Source: a plasmid. From it: a stretch of 64,000 nucleotides of DNA. The notes beneath the pieces are model-generated. The model worked only from the letters and a program-made list of their open reading frames with translations, was not told the origin of the DNA and made no database searches. Every line of letters begins with the position of its first letter. The stretch's first letter is position 1. The translations under genes were made by a program, and so were the position numbers. Below, piece by piece: positions 61,045-64,000 of this stretch. The stretch is from sequence record NZ_CP041047.1; one strand, given 5' to 3'.

Positions 61045-62163
61045 ATGAAAAACATTAATAGTATTATTGATGTGTCAGATGTCAAAGTGGCTAAGGAATT
61101 CGACAAATATGCTGTTGATGTAAGCATGGAATCATCAATAAAAGATGCAGTCAGATCTTTCCAGATTGGTGATATTGATGCCGCGCATAACTTTGGACGA
61201 TTGGAGGACACTACTGATATTAATTATCTTGATAACCTCCTTCTCAGCGTCAGCTCATCATCTCAGGGCAAGAAGGGTGAGACTCTGAATGAGATTGTTG
61301 CACTGGCTCGTGAAGTCAGTAATGCAGTCGAACCAAGTTATCTTCAAAAGAAACTGTCACGGATACCGTATGTTGGGCCTTTCATAATGAAAGCCATCGG
61401 CATTCATTTTAGTGCAATGTCAAGATTTGATTCAGTTAAAGGACAAATCGATATTTTAACTTCGGATATAGAAAGCATATCTGAAGGGTTGTTTGAAATG
61501 AATAAAAATATTGATGGAATGTATGAGCAAGCCTTAACGAGTGTAAAAAGTACAGGGGTTAACATTGTAGCTGCTTATTACCTTCTGGAGAAGTTACAAA
61601 CAGTTCAGGTTTCTATTCGTAAGGAACTAAAAACTCAACCTGATAATACCATGCTGAGCATGGAAGCAATGAATATCGAACATCAAATCGCCCTCATAAC
61701 CAAACGTCGAAATGACATGATCACAGAACAACAAAAAGCATTTGAAGACCTGAAGATGATGAAAATGATGAAGTTCAATAACCTTTCGATGGTAGACCAG
61801 TTTGAAACTATTATTAAAGTAACGATACCATCTTCTAAACGTAGCCATCTTATAATTGACCAGGCCGAAAGAAGTGACAAAAGCTCATTACTGATTCAGG
61901 CAATTGGTGATTCTGTAAATCAACAAGCCAGACGTCAAGCTTTGTTGGTAAAAGAGAGTAGTATCCGTGTAGCAAAAACAGCTAATCGTACAGTGTATGA
62001 TGTTGAGACAATTGATTACATATCAAATCAGATCAATGAGGCCGGACGAGAAATTAAAAAAATCCACGACCGTGCCAAAACACAACATGTCCAGCTTGAA
62101 ACACGCGCAGCGCAATGGAAGGAGAAACGTTTTATGATTGCGCAGGAACTGTCTTCTAAATAA
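61045..62163 (+). CDS. All-helical 372-aa protein, possibly TelA/KlaB (toxic-anion-resistance) family
   Basis: Size and composition only. Flanked by a membrane-protein gene as in klaABC. Confidence 0.3.
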   Translation: MKNINSIIDVSDVKVAKEFDKYAVDVSMESSIKDAVRSFQIGDIDAAHNFGRLEDTTDINYLDNLLLSVSSSSQGKKGETLNEIVALAREVSNAVEPSYLQKKLSRIPYVGPFIMKAIGIHFSAMSRFDSVKGQIDILTSDIESISEGLFEMNKNIDGMYEQALTSVKSTGVNIVAAYYLLEKLQTVQVSIRKELKTQPDNTMLSMEAMNIEHQIALITKRRNDMITEQQKAFEDLKMMKMMKFNNLSMVDQFETIIKVTIPSSKRSHLIIDQAERSDKSSLLIQAIGDSVNQQARRQALLVKESSIRVAKTANRTVYDVETIDYISNQINEAGREIKKIHDRAKTQHVQLETRAAQWKEKRFMIAQELSSK

Positions 62164-62646
62164 TGACTACAAATTTGTAGGAGGTTCTATGGCAAAAATC
62201 AGGCAAAGCAATCCATTTGATGAGGTAGAAAGGGTAATAAGATGTAAGCGCGATAGAATTATTTATCTTTCGATAGCTTTATCCTTACTCTTTGCCGTTA
62301 TATTGCTCATATTGTGGTTTTGTATTCCAACGGATATTTCTATAGATGGACAGGTTGCCCAGGTTTCAACTGATATTAGTAAGGTTCTGAGTGCTAATGG
62401 ATTTGGTGTGGTTACTTCAGATATCTTTGAATCACTTGGTTCCGACATGGCTCTATACGCCAGTGTAATAACATCATTGATAACCATGTTTGCAATTGCA
62501 TGGTCACTGATTAAAGGTGATGGTTTCAATATCGAATTGTTCTTCGCCCTTGTAGTTGTAACCACCGGCTTTTCAGTTTTTCGAACGCTTTATGATTCCG
62601 AGTCTGATAGGTACACGTATTACTCTGAAAAAGTAAGCTCTGCTAT
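62138..62646 (+). pseudogene. Membrane protein gene (KlaC/TelB-like position) truncated at its 3' end by IS5. The listed ORF reads into the IS.
   Basis: The ORF's last 9 codons derive from the IS5 left IR. Confidence 0.4.
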
Positions 62647-63842
<1,196 letters not shown>

Positions 63843-63864
63843 CTTTTCAAATCCTCGGTTTGCT

Positions 63865-64000
63865 TGAATCGCCACGGGTTTAACAGACACCTCAGAGTCA
63901 TTTAAGATGGCTTAAAGAGAGGTGCCCATGAGCGGTAAGCGTTATCCCGAAGAGTTTAAAACTGAAGCAGTCAAACAGGTTGTTGATCGCGGTTATTCTG
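63865..64000 (+). mobile_element. Second copy (left end only; it runs off the window) of the IS3-family element seen at 36612-37840. It is in inverted orientation relative to the first copy.
   Basis: Same IR and orfA start (MSGKRYPEEFKTEAVKQVVDRGYS) as at 37783-37840. Confidence 0.75.

Overview
The window is almost entirely a conjugative-transfer backbone of the MOBH relaxase / F-type mating-pair-formation lineage (the IncHI, SXT/R391 and IncA/C family). I read this from translated ORFs; no database search was possible.

Host inference: a 100% IS5 match and an IS3-family element suggest an enterobacterial host.

Gene map, with strand given as the direction of transcription:
- Plus strand, 563-3778: actin-like ParM/ParR partition pair, a lytic transglycosylase, and an FlhD/FlhC-like activator pair of the SetDC/AcaDC type.
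- Minus strand: traN (4.7-7.4 kb).
- Minus strand: traF-traH-traG (7.8-13.8 kb).
- Minus strand, 14.3-21.9 kb: an uncharacterised 10-11 gene operon. It includes a CobS/MoxR-like AAA ATPase, a 455-aa acidic-tailed protein and a CobT-like vWA protein.
- Minus strand, 22.3-25.8 kb: an ssb-recT(bet)-exo recombination module.
- Minus strand, 28.6-35.2 kb: dsbC-traC-S26 peptidase-traW-traU.
- 35.3-38.1 kb: a trimeric-autotransporter-type adhesin gene split by an IS3-family insertion (1229 bp, 3-bp TSD AAG).
- Minus strand, 38.2-49.3 kb: traV-traB-traK-traE-traL, a DsbA-like protein, a TraJ-like protein, the coupling protein, and the MOBH relaxase TraI.
- 49.4-62.7 kb, an accessory block:
  - a DsbA-like paralog
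  - an SF1 helicase
  - the pilin traA
  - a PLD-type Nuc endonuclease
  - a nine-gene minus-strand operon that includes a membrane-anchored Mrr-cat nuclease with a zinc finger and a second LepB-like signal peptidase
  - a putative klaA/telA/klaC-like trio, truncated by IS5
- Window end: a second, inverted copy of the IS3-family element begins at 63865.

Non-coding signals noticed:
- A reiterated RBS/intergenic motif, TTAAATT...AATGAGGTATAT(C)ATG, precedes about 12 consecutive minus-strand genes.
- An 18-nt box, AAACACCTTTTTCGACGG, is shared by two operon leaders.
- Several intra-operon hairpins are present.

No rRNA, tRNA or CRISPR was seen.
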